The translations under genes were made by a program, and so were the position numbers. Below are positions 18,338-26,881 of a stretch of DNA of 44,535 bases, piece by piece (position 1 is the first letter of the stretch; every line of letters begins with the position of its first letter). The notes below the pieces were generated by a model. It was not told the DNA's origin, did no database searches, and saw only the letters and a list, made by a program, of their open reading frames with translations. This DNA comes from Actinomycetota bacterium (GTDB taxonomy: Bacteria; Actinomycetota; Thermoleophilia; UBA2241), in contig JAPLCL010000074.1 of assembly GCA_026392265.1 (NCBI GenBank), positions 1 to 44,535 on the forward strand, read 5' to 3'.

Positions 18338-19755
18338 ACGGTACGCCCGGCAGCATCACCAGCGGTACATCCAACGGTACCTCGAACGGAAAAGGCCCTT
18401 CGGGACATGCCTCGCGCGCGGCAGCGGCCGCCGGCGAGGGGCGCAGTTGCTTCGACCCCAAGCACGAAACGCTCGAGCTCGGCGCCCTGCGGGCGCTTCA
18501 GCTCGAGCGTCTGCGGGGGATGGTCACCGCCGCCTACGAGCGCAGCGCCGTGTACCGGCGGATGTGCCGCGAGGCCGGCGCCGCGCCCGCCGACATGCGC
18601 ACCCTCGACGACGTCCGCCGCCTCCCCTTCCTCGAGAAGACCACGCTGCGCGACACCTATCCGGACGGCCTGCGCCTCTGCGGCCTCGACGCCATCATCG
18701 AAGTCCACAGCACCTCAGGCACCACCGGCAAGCCCACGCCCATCTGGGTCACGCGCCGCGACATGGATGCCTGGGCGCTGCGCAACGCGCGCTCCCTGTG
18801 GATGGTCGGCCTGCGTCCCAGCGACCTTCTGCAGAACTGCTTCGGCTACGGGCTCCCGACAAGCGTGGGGCTGCAGTATGGTGCGCAGCACGCCGGCATC
18901 GGCGTCGTGCCCGCCGGCATCGGCCGCCAGGAGCTGCTCATCGACCTCATCATGGATCTGCGCGTGACGGCGCTCTGCACCACGCCTTCCTACGCGCTCT
19001 ACCTCGCCGAGAAGGCGAAGGAGCGCGGCATCGACCTGGCCACGGATTCGCAGCTGCGCATCGGCCTGTTCGGCGCCGAGCCCTGGCCCGAATCCGGTCG
19101 CGAGCGCCTGGCCGCCGCTCTGGGCGTCGAGGCGTTCAACGAGTACGGCATGGGCGAGCTTCTGGGACCGGGCATGGCGTGCGAGTGCCCGGTCAGAGAC
19201 GGCATGCACGTATGGTCGGATCACCTGCTCGTCGAGTGCATCGACCCGGAGACCTGTGAGCCCGTCGCCGAAGGCCAACCGGGCGAGCTCGTGTGGACCT
19301 CGCTGACCAGCGACTCCATGGCGATGATCCGCTACCGCAGCCACGACATCAGCTCGCTGAGCTGGGCACCCTGCGCCTGCGGCCGTACCCACCCCAGGAT
19401 CGGCCGCATCACCGGGCGCAGCGACGACGCGCTGTCCATCGGCGGCCTCGTCGTATTCCCCAGCCAGATCGAGGAAGTGCTGGTGCGCTTCGACGAGTTC
19501 GGCAGCAACTTCTGCATGGTGGTCGAGAACGTGAGCAACCTCGACCGGCTCACGCTGCAGGTGGAGATCCGCGGGTTCGACGAACTGAGTGACGACGGTA
19601 AGGCGCGGCTCGCGAAGACGCTTGCCGGCGGGGTGAAGGCCACGGTCGGCGTCACGCCGCGCATGGAGCTACACGCGCCGCTCTCGTTGCCGCGCGACAC
19701 CGACGGGCAGGGCAAAACGGCCTGCCACAGGGTGGACGACCGGCGCTCCTGCTGA
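18334..19755 (+). CDS. paaK: phenylacetate-CoA ligase family (aryl-acetate/acyl-adenylate forming) enzyme
   Basis: ATGA overlap with iorB. FDPKHETLELGALRALQLERLRGMV, HSTSGTTGKPT and YGMGE are PaaK-type motifs. A ~40-aa low-complexity N-terminal extension (TSGTSNGTSNG) leaves the exact start uncertain. Confidence 0.75.
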   Translation: MNGTPGSITSGTSNGTSNGKGPSGHASRAAAAAGEGRSCFDPKHETLELGALRALQLERLRGMVTAAYERSAVYRRMCREAGAAPADMRTLDDVRRLPFLEKTTLRDTYPDGLRLCGLDAIIEVHSTSGTTGKPTPIWVTRRDMDAWALRNARSLWMVGLRPSDLLQNCFGYGLPTSVGLQYGAQHAGIGVVPAGIGRQELLIDLIMDLRVTALCTTPSYALYLAEKAKERGIDLATDSQLRIGLFGAEPWPESGRERLAAALGVEAFNEYGMGELLGPGMACECPVRDGMHVWSDHLLVECIDPETCEPVAEGQPGELVWTSLTSDSMAMIRYRSHDISSLSWAPCACGRTHPRIGRITGRSDDALSIGGLVVFPSQIEEVLVRFDEFGSNFCMVVENVSNLDRLTLQVEIRGFDELSDDGKARLAKTLAGGVKATVGVTPRMELHAPLSLPRDTDGQGKTACHRVDDRRSC

Positions 19756-19761
19756 GGCCCA

Positions 19762-20607
19762 TCACCCCAGCGCCAGGCAGACCACGCCGGCCAGCACCAG
19801 GGCCGCGGCAAACCACTGCGCGGGGCGCAAGCGCTCGTGAAGCAGAGTCTGCGCCCAGACCACGGTGATGCCGGGGCTCAGCATGCCGAGCACGGCCACC
19901 ACGCTGAGAAGGCCGATCGTAGTGGCTGTCGTGTACAGCACGTTGGCCAGCGCCAGGAGCACGCCGACCAGCGCGAGCACTGGCACTGCCTTCGCGTGCA
20001 ACTTCAGCTTGGGCCGGCGGACGGCCAGCACTACGATCAGCAACAGGAGCGCCGACGCGCGCGCAAGGCCGACCGTCCAGTAGGGATCCCCCTCGCCGCC
20101 GTAGTCGTAGGCGATCAGGACCACGCCGATCATGAAGGCCGCGAACACCGCGAGGAGAATGCCCGCGCGATTGACGCGTGCTTTCGTCTCCGGCCGGTGC
20201 CGCTCGGGGCGCGAGATCAGGACGATACCGGCGATGGTCAGCAGCATGCCGGTAAGCTGGACGGCTCCCGGCCGCTCTCCGTGCGCTATACCCCACAGCG
20301 CCGGGACCACGGCGGCGCCGGCGAAGATCGGCGCGACCACGCTGATCGGGGCCAACGACATCGCCCTATACTCGGCGAGGGCGGTCACGGTGAGGGCCAG
20401 GCCCGCGATGACGGGGGCCACGAGGTCGGAGGCTTGTGGCGGCGCCGGCGCCGCCACGGCGAGGACGATGAGCGCCGTGACCAGCGCCGCGATCTGGCTG
20501 ACGAGCGCCACCGCCCAGGCGGTCGTGCGTCGCGACTCGAGGCCGCCAAGGAAATCGGAGGAGCCCCACAGGAGGCTCGCCGACAGAGCGAGCAGGGCGG
20601 CGAGCAT
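19762..20607 (-). CDS. EamA/DMT-family transporter
   Basis: Ten-helix hydrophobic profile. LLWGSSDFLGG and the duplicated EamA halves are visible. ATG 20607 is preferred over the GTG 20655 extension. TGA stop 6 nt from the paaK stop (convergent). Confidence 0.7.
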   Translation of the reverse strand: MLAALLALSASLLWGSSDFLGGLESRRTTAWAVALVSQIAALVTALIVLAVAAPAPPQASDLVAPVIAGLALTVTALAEYRAMSLAPISVVAPIFAGAAVVPALWGIAHGERPGAVQLTGMLLTIAGIVLISRPERHRPETKARVNRAGILLAVFAAFMIGVVLIAYDYGGEGDPYWTVGLARASALLLLIVVLAVRRPKLKLHAKAVPVLALVGVLLALANVLYTTATTIGLLSVVAVLGMLSPGITVVWAQTLLHERLRPAQWFAAALVLAGVVCLALG

Positions 20608-20766
20608 GGCTTGGTCACCTCTCGATGTGGGGGTCGGGCGCGGCCACGATACCACGCCTCCCTGCTCCAGGCTCGCGGCATGGGACGAACGCCCCGTAGA
20701 CGCCGCCCGCCCCGTGGCCTACGATGAGCGTAGCTCACCCCGGGTGTCTGAATGGAGGGCAGCGCC

Positions 20767-21612
20767 ATGAGCTACGACTCGATCCGTGCCCGTCTCAACC
20801 TGTACGCCGTGCTCCCCAACCTCGAGGACGTGGTGCGCGACGATCCGCAGATGCGGGCGCTCGTCAGCGACGCCCGCATCACCGTCAAGTTCCTCGTGGC
20901 CGGCGGCCCTTCGGCCTTCGTGCGTTTCGTCGGCGGTGTCTGCACTGTGGGGCGCGGGTCGGGGCCGGAGGCCGCAGGTGCTCCGGCCGGCTCGAGCGCC
21001 GCGTCAAGCGCGGACTCGAGCGCGACCCCCTCGGTCGTCCTCTCGTTTGCCTCGGCGTCGCACCTCAACAAGATGTTCGGCGGCACAGGCAGCCCCATCC
21101 CGTTGTGGGGCTTCACTCACCTGGGCTTTCTCAAGAACGAGTTCACCGAGCTTACCGACCGTATGGCGTACTACCTCGCGCCCAGCGAGGAGCTGCTCAG
21201 CCACCCCGGCTATCTGGCGATGAACACGCAGCTCACGCTGAACACGGCGGCCTTTGCCGTCCCGGTCCTGCTCGGCCACGACGCCGACTGCATCCCGCTG
21301 CGCCACGGGCTCACCCAGGGCACCATCGTCATCAAGGTGCTGCCCGACGGGCCCGCCGTGAGCCTCGTCTGCGGGGCCTCAGGTGTGCTCCCGGTCAAGG
21401 GTGAGCTCAGCCACCCGAGCGCGCTCGTATTGCTTCGCGACCTGCCCACCGCCAGCGCCTTCCTCAACGGCCGCCTCGACACGTTCGCCGCGGCGGTCAC
21501 CGGCGAGGTGCAGATCTGGGGGCGCATCGGCATGGTCGACACGCTCGCGCTGGTGCTCGATCGCGTCGGCAAGTACCTTACGCCGGCGGCTGAGCCCGCG
21601 GCGACCGCCTGA
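20767..21612 (+). CDS. hypothetical protein A, tandem SCP2-like (sterol/lipid-carrier-like) fold suspected; paralogue of 24734..25576
   Basis: ATG 20767 lies 7 nt after GGAGGG. LNLYAVLPNLEDVVRDDPQMRALV...VVLSFASASHLNKMFGG...FLNGRLDTFAAAVTGEVQIWGRIGMVDTLALVLDRV aligns by eye with LFLQAALPTVKVLLEDDPAMAKRF...ITFTFASLQKLNDFFAG...VMNKEVDFVDGVGKGYVRIDGSPEYAANLNDFMMRV of protein B. The C-terminal G-x-h-x-h-x-G pattern resembles SCP2. Confidence 0.45.
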   Translation: MSYDSIRARLNLYAVLPNLEDVVRDDPQMRALVSDARITVKFLVAGGPSAFVRFVGGVCTVGRGSGPEAAGAPAGSSAASSADSSATPSVVLSFASASHLNKMFGGTGSPIPLWGFTHLGFLKNEFTELTDRMAYYLAPSEELLSHPGYLAMNTQLTLNTAAFAVPVLLGHDADCIPLRHGLTQGTIVIKVLPDGPAVSLVCGASGVLPVKGELSHPSALVLLRDLPTASAFLNGRLDTFAAAVTGEVQIWGRIGMVDTLALVLDRVGKYLTPAAEPAATA

Positions 21613-21628
21613 GGAGGTCCGCGCAGCC

Positions 21629-22885
21629 ATGGACACGTATTCCTTCGCCAAGTCCCAGGAGCTCTTCGCCCGCGCCACCAAGGTGATCCCCTGCGGCATC
21701 CCCGGGCACTTCAGCCCGGCGCCGCTCGTCCCTCCGACAGCGTACCCCTTCTTCGCCATGAGCGGCACGGGCGCCCACTTCACCGACGTCGACGGTAACG
21801 ACTTCATCGACTACATGTGCGCCTACGGGCCCATGGTCCTGGGTTACGACAACAAGGTGGTGCACGACGCCGCCGCCAGGCAACGCAAGCTCGGCGACAC
21901 GCTCGGCGCCCCCGCGCCGGTGATGGTCGAGCTTGCCGAGAAGCTCACGGCGATGATCGCCGGCGCCGACTGGGCGTTCTTCGCCAAGAACGGCGGTGAC
22001 CAGACCAACTACGCGACGATGATCGCGCGGGCGGCCACCGGCCGCCCCCTCATCGTCGCCATCGAGGGCGGCTACCACGGCGTCGCGCCGTGGATGCAGG
22101 GCGCCGGCCACCACGGCGTCATCGCCGGCGACGTGGCCGGCTTCGTGCGCATCCCCTGGAACGACGTCGCCGCCTTCGTGCGCGTGCTGGCAGAGAACCC
22201 CGGCCAGATCGCCGGCTTCATCGCCACTCCGTACCATCACCCCACTTTCGCCGACAGCGAGCTGCCGGACCTGGGCTACTGGCAGAGTATCCGCGAGCTC
22301 TGCGACCGGCACGGCGTGGTCCTCATCGTCGACGATGTGCGCTGCGGCTTCCGTCTCAGCCTGCGCGGTTCTGCCGAGTTCTTCGGCTTCACCCCCGATC
22401 TGGCCTGCTACTGCAAGGCGATCGCCAACGGCTACCCGATCTCGGCGCTCGTGGGCATCGAGGCCCTCAAAGGCGAGGCCGCCAAGGTCTTCTACACCGG
22501 CAGCTACTGGTACCAGGCGGTGCCCATGGCGGCTGGGCTCGCCTGCCTCGCCGAGCTCGAGCGCCTCGATGCGCCCGCCAGGATGCAGGACTACGGCCGC
22601 GCCCTCACCGGCGGCATGCAGCGCCTCGCCGACGAGCATGGCTACGAACTCAAGGTCACGGGCGTGCCGAGCATGCCGTATCTGCGCCTCACCGACGACC
22701 CGAGCCTCATGCTGCACCAGCGTTTCTGCAGCGAGTGCGCGCGCCGCGGCGCCTACATGACCTCGCACCACAACTGGTTCATGAGCTGCGCACACACGCA
22801 GGACGACCTGGACCGTACCCTGGCGATCGTGGACGACGCGTTCGCGGCGCTGGAGAAGAGCCCCGAGGGGCAAGGGGGTAGCTGA
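21629..22885 (+). CDS. class III (HemL/GSA-like) PLP-dependent aminotransferase or aminomutase
   Basis: ATG 21629 follows GAGGAGG. FIDYMCAYGPMVLGY, NGGDQTNYATMIARA, LIVDDVRCGFR and the PLP-lysine context CYCKAIANGYPISALVG support the call. The ORF-track extension from 21383 overlaps the preceding gene. Confidence 0.8.
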   Translation: MDTYSFAKSQELFARATKVIPCGIPGHFSPAPLVPPTAYPFFAMSGTGAHFTDVDGNDFIDYMCAYGPMVLGYDNKVVHDAAARQRKLGDTLGAPAPVMVELAEKLTAMIAGADWAFFAKNGGDQTNYATMIARAATGRPLIVAIEGGYHGVAPWMQGAGHHGVIAGDVAGFVRIPWNDVAAFVRVLAENPGQIAGFIATPYHHPTFADSELPDLGYWQSIRELCDRHGVVLIVDDVRCGFRLSLRGSAEFFGFTPDLACYCKAIANGYPISALVGIEALKGEAAKVFYTGSYWYQAVPMAAGLACLAELERLDAPARMQDYGRALTGGMQRLADEHGYELKVTGVPSMPYLRLTDDPSLMLHQRFCSECARRGAYMTSHHNWFMSCAHTQDDLDRTLAIVDDAFAALEKSPEGQGGS

Positions 22886-23721
22886 TGCCACTGTCACCGG
22901 AGGAGATCAGGAGCCTGCAGGCCAAGGCCAGGCAGCTGCGCTGCGACATGGTCGACGTCACCGTGTGGGCCGGCGGCGCCCACATCGGCGGCGCCCTCAG
23001 CATGACCGACGTGCTGACGGCGCTGTACTACCACTACCTCAACGTGAAGCCCGCCGAGCCCGGCTGGCCGGAGCGCGACCGCTTCGTGCTCAGCAAGGGG
23101 CACGGGGGGGTCGGCCTTGCCGCCGTGCTGGCCGACAAGGGCTACTACAGCAAGGATCTGCTCAAGGAGTTCAACCACTTCAAGAGCCCGTTCGGCATGC
23201 ACCTCGACGGCAACAAAGTGCCGGGCGTCGACGCGAGCACCGGCTCGCTGGGGCACGGCCTGTCGATGTCGGTGGGGATGGCCTTGGGCGCCAGGTTCCA
23301 GAAGCAGTCCTGGCGCACCTACTGCCTGCTCGGCGACGGCGAGTGCAACGAGGGCTCCGTGTGGGAGGCGGCCATGGCCGCGCATCACTACAAGATCGAC
23401 ACCCTGACGGCGTTCACCGACCGTAACCACATGATGATCGACGGCCGCACCGAGGACATCATGAGCCTCGAGCCGCTGGCCGAGAAGTGGAGGGCCTTCG
23501 GCTGGGAAGTGCGCGAGATCGACGGCCACGACTACGCCCAGATCGGCGCGGCCATCGAGGGCGCCCAGGCTACGAAGGGCGCCCCCACGATGATCATCTG
23601 CAACACCGTCAAGGGCAAGGGCGTCGGCTTCATGGAAGACCAGGTGAAGTGGCACTACGGCAGCATCGACTCCGAGCTCGCCGCCAAGGCCAAGGCGTCG
23701 ATCACGGGAGGTGCGTCATGA
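22885..23721 (+). CDS. transketolase, N-terminal (TPP-binding) subunit
   Basis: TGATG overlap with the aminotransferase. GGAHIGGALSMTDVLTALYY, RDRFVLSKGHG, STGSLGHGLS and LLGDGECNEGSVWEA are split-transketolase subunit A motifs. Confidence 0.85.
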   Translation: MPLSPEEIRSLQAKARQLRCDMVDVTVWAGGAHIGGALSMTDVLTALYYHYLNVKPAEPGWPERDRFVLSKGHGGVGLAAVLADKGYYSKDLLKEFNHFKSPFGMHLDGNKVPGVDASTGSLGHGLSMSVGMALGARFQKQSWRTYCLLGDGECNEGSVWEAAMAAHHYKIDTLTAFTDRNHMMIDGRTEDIMSLEPLAEKWRAFGWEVREIDGHDYAQIGAAIEGAQATKGAPTMIICNTVKGKGVGFMEDQVKWHYGSIDSELAAKAKASITGGAS

Positions 23722-24734
23722 CCGAGGTCACCGGTACCACCTGGAACGTGTACGACGCCAACACGCTCACGCAGGCCGAGATCTACGGACGCGTGCTCTG
23801 CGACCTGGCCGAGGCAGACGCGCGCATCGTGGCGCTCACCGCCGATCTGGCGCGCAGCACCAAGATCGGCGTCTTTCAGGACAAGTTTCCGCAGCGCGTG
23901 TTCAACGTCGGCATCGCCGAGCAGAACCTCTTCGGCATCGCCGCGGGAATGGCGAAGAGCGGCCTGCTGCCGTTTGTCAGCACCATGTCGGCGTTCGCCA
24001 GTATGCGCGCGCTCGAGCAGGTGCGCACCGACATCTGCTACCAGAACCTCGACGTCAAGATCATCGCCACGCACGGCGGCGTGAGCTTCGGCCAGGCCGG
24101 CACCACCCACCACTGCACCGAGGACATCGCCATCCAGCGCTCGCTGGCCAACATGTGCGTGATCGTGCCGGCCGACGGCTGGGAGACGGCCAACGCCGTG
24201 CGCGCCGCGGTGCTGCGCCCCGGCCCCGTGTACATCCGTCTAGGCCGGGGCTTCGAGCCCACCCACTTCGAGAACGACGACTACGGCTTCGAGATCGGTA
24301 AGGCGGTGACCATCAACGAGGGCACCGACATCACGGTGATCGCCTGCGGCGTCGCCGTGTACCACGCCGCCGAGGCCGCCAAGCTGCTCAGGGACCAGGA
24401 CGGCATCAGCGTACGCGTCCTCGACGTGCACACCATCAAGCCCATCGACGAAGAGGCCATCATGGCGGCCGTCATCGACACGCGCCGCATCCTCGTCGTC
24501 GAGGAGCACAACGTGATCGGCGGCCTCGGCAGCGCCGTCGCCGACGTGATCGCCGCCAGCGGCAAGGGCTGCGCCTTCGCCAAGAGCGGCCTGCCCGATT
24601 GCTACAGCGAGGTCGGCTACCCGGAAGACCTCTACAGCCACTACTGCATCGACGGAGACGGCATCGTCGGCCAGGTGCGCGAGCTGTTGCATCGCGAGTT
24701 CGAGGCCGACGAGGATTGGCAGGACGAGCACTGA
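23718..24734 (+). CDS. transketolase, C-terminal (pyrimidine-binding) subunit
   Basis: ATGA overlap with the N-terminal subunit. FPQRVFNVGIAEQNLFGIAAGMA, FASMRALEQVR and THGGVSFGQAGTTHH support the call, together with a C-terminal transketolase domain. Confidence 0.85.
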   Translation: MTEVTGTTWNVYDANTLTQAEIYGRVLCDLAEADARIVALTADLARSTKIGVFQDKFPQRVFNVGIAEQNLFGIAAGMAKSGLLPFVSTMSAFASMRALEQVRTDICYQNLDVKIIATHGGVSFGQAGTTHHCTEDIAIQRSLANMCVIVPADGWETANAVRAAVLRPGPVYIRLGRGFEPTHFENDDYGFEIGKAVTINEGTDITVIACGVAVYHAAEAAKLLRDQDGISVRVLDVHTIKPIDEEAIMAAVIDTRRILVVEEHNVIGGLGSAVADVIAASGKGCAFAKSGLPDCYSEVGYPEDLYSHYCIDGDGIVGQVRELLHREFEADEDWQDEH

Positions 24735-25576
24735 TGGGCGCGCACCCTGCGCCTCGCGCCCCGGCCCACGACCTGCCGCAGGCGCGCACCCGCGAGTTCC
24801 TCCGCACGCGCCTCTTTCTGCAGGCCGCATTGCCCACCGTCAAGGTGCTGCTCGAGGACGACCCGGCGATGGCGAAGCGCTTCGCGCACGTCCACGCCAC
24901 GGTGCAGTTCGTGGCCAAGAATCAGCCCCACCCGGTGGGCGCCTATCTGTGGTTCGAGAACGGCGAGGTCCGCGTGGAGCAGGGCTTCTGGGACGCCGGC
25001 GGCGGCGCCCCCAGCCCCGACATCACCTTCACGTTCGCCTCGCTGCAGAAGCTCAACGACTTCTTCGCCGGCAAGACGCTGCTGCCCGGCATCAAGGGGT
25101 TCCACCGGCCCGCGCTGCTGACCAAGGTCGTGCAGCTCCTCCTCGCGCTCAAGCTGATGCTGCCGAGCTCGAACCCCACCGATCCGGCCAAGCGGCGCCT
25201 CAAGCTCAAGCTCACCCTCTACATGATCACCACCGCTCTGAGCCAGTACAACAAGGGCGGCGACCCCGAGATGGAGCGCTGGACGGCCAAGCAGCCCGAC
25301 CGCATCTACCAGTTCTCGGTCGAGCCCGAGGGCATCGCCGCCTACCTGCGCGTGCGCGCGGGGCAGACCAAAGCCGGGCGGGGCGTCTACGAGCGCCGCC
25401 GCCCCTTTGTCCACATGCGTTTCAACGGCGTCGACGGCGCCCTCGCGGTGATGAACAAAGAGGTCGACTTCGTGGACGGCGTGGGCAAGGGCTACGTGCG
25501 CATCGACGGCTCGCCAGAGTACGCCGCCAACCTCAACGACTTCATGATGCGCGTGCAGAGCTTGCTCACCGGCTGA
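24734..25576 (+). CDS. hypothetical protein B, tandem SCP2-like fold suspected; paralogue of 20767..21612
   Basis: TGATG overlap with the transketolase C subunit. See protein A for the alignment. The ORF-track extension from 24599 is inside the preceding gene. Confidence 0.45.
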   Translation: MGAHPAPRAPAHDLPQARTREFLRTRLFLQAALPTVKVLLEDDPAMAKRFAHVHATVQFVAKNQPHPVGAYLWFENGEVRVEQGFWDAGGGAPSPDITFTFASLQKLNDFFAGKTLLPGIKGFHRPALLTKVVQLLLALKLMLPSSNPTDPAKRRLKLKLTLYMITTALSQYNKGGDPEMERWTAKQPDRIYQFSVEPEGIAAYLRVRAGQTKAGRGVYERRRPFVHMRFNGVDGALAVMNKEVDFVDGVGKGYVRIDGSPEYAANLNDFMMRVQSLLTG

Positions 25577-25606
25577 GCTCGCGACCCCGACTGAGGCGCG
25601 GGGAGG

Positions 25607-26281
25607 CTACGCCCGACGCGCCCGGTAGAACCCCAACGCCGCCAGCCCGAGCGCCACGATGAACAGGCAGACCGACGCGGTGCGAACTACGTTCGCGATG
25701 GCGTCGGTCGACTCGAGCCAGCCCAGCGTGCCGAGGATGTTGTGCCAGTCGTGGCCGGCACCGGAGCCGTCGTCGCCGACCAGGGACAGGACCATGTCCT
25801 GGGCGTCGGCGACGTAGATCGAGACGTTGTTCAGCGACTCAGCCGCCCAGGCGAGGAGGACGATCACCGCGAAGTCGTCGCGGCGCCACCAGAAGAAGGC
25901 GGCGATGATCAGCGGCAGCGCCACCTGGTTGATGGACCCGCCCATCTGCATGAGCAGGGTCGGCGCCCACACGAAGAGTACGTGGCCGATCTCGTGGACG
26001 ACGAGATCGAACGGCGAGAGGATCGGGATCCAGCCGTGGGTCGCAAACGTGGCCCAGGCGAGCGCGACGACGATCGCCGCGGCTACCGCCCATTGCAGAG
26101 TCATCGACCAGAGCGTCGGCTGCGCCGCGGCGGGCTGTCGCCGGGGAAGGCGGGCGAAGAAGCCGGTGCGCGGGGCGCGGGCGCCTGTGCTCGCGGCGGG
26201 GCGCCCGATCTGCTCGAGCGGCTGCGGGACCGCGGCCGGAGCTGCGGCGGGCGGCGTCTGACTCTCAGTGGTTTCCATCAT
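25607..26281 (-). CDS. integral membrane protein with HExxH motif (putative M50-like metalloprotease)
   Basis: FDLVVHEIGHVLFVWAP sits within a multi-helix hydrophobic protein. The N-terminus is Pro/Ala-rich. TAG stop. Confidence 0.5.
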   Translation of the reverse strand: MMETTESQTPPAAAPAAVPQPLEQIGRPAASTGARAPRTGFFARLPRRQPAAAQPTLWSMTLQWAVAAAIVVALAWATFATHGWIPILSPFDLVVHEIGHVLFVWAPTLLMQMGGSINQVALPLIIAAFFWWRRDDFAVIVLLAWAAESLNNVSIYVADAQDMVLSLVGDDGSGAGHDWHNILGTLGWLESTDAIANVVRTASVCLFIVALGLAALGFYRARRA

Positions 26282-26346
26282 TCCCCGTGCGTTTCACGAC
26301 GGCCGTATGAGCCGTCTTGGTGCCCGTTCACACTCATCATCGTCAT

Positions 26347-26380
26347 CCGGGCTGGCAACATTGAGCCCGGGCTCGCAACA
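26347..26380. repeat. two 14-bp direct repeats (CCGGGCTGGCAACA / CCGGGCTCGCAACA) with 20-bp periodicity
   Basis: Read directly: 26347-26360 and 26367-26380 match at 13/14. They lie in the divergent region next to the start of the membrane-protein gene. Confidence 0.8.
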
Positions 26381-26490
26381 CGGGGGGGAAGGAGCCTGTT
26401 GCCGGCGGGAAACGAGCGCCCGAACATCTTCAGTGGGGGGATCGTGCCACGCGTCGCGCGGGCCAGGGCGAGGAAGGGCAGGCGCAATAG

Positions 26491-26760
26491 ATGTGCTCAT
26501 CGCGTACGGAAGTGAGGTTTCGCGACGCAAGCTGGCCGAGACCCTTGAGGGTCAGGGAGTCGGGCTGGTACAGGCCGGCGACGGCGCCGACGCGCTCGAC
26601 CTGCTCACGGCTGCCGGTACTCCTGGGCTGGTGCTGATCGACCGGGACATCCCTGGGCGCGCAGACGCCCGTGATGTGGAAGGTGCTGCACAACCACCGC
26701 CGGAGCACGACCCTGGCCACCCTTCGCTGACGCACGCCACCGTCGTCCTTCCCGCCGCGC
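26491..26760 (+). pseudogene. possible decayed response-regulator receiver domain remnant
   Basis: VLIAYGSEVSRRKLAETLEGQGVGLVQAGDGADALDLLTAAGTPGLVLIDRDIPG follows the beta1-alpha1-beta2-alpha2-beta3 receiver pattern. However, it lacks the N-terminal acidic pair and loses similarity after IPG. GC3 is lower than in neighbouring genes, and the ORF runs into the thrS start. Confidence 0.25.
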
Positions 26761-26881
26761 TGCCGGGGGCCTCACCCTTTCCGCCGCTGAGCGCCCCGCA
26801 GGCTCGGTCTGTTAGGATTCTCCGGTCAACAGCCCCCGCAAAGGTCAGCGGGCGCGAGAACCGCAAAGGACCGGTGTCCCC

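Noticed and set aside
26282-26881. T-box riboswitch leader for thrS.
   Set aside because: I looked for the conserved T-box sequence (GGGUGGUACCGCG-like), a specifier loop with ACC, and a terminator/antiterminator pair. Only a loose GTGGGGGGATCGTGCCACGCG stretch is present, with no convincing stem I or terminator. A covariance-model search (the Rfam T-box model) would settle it.
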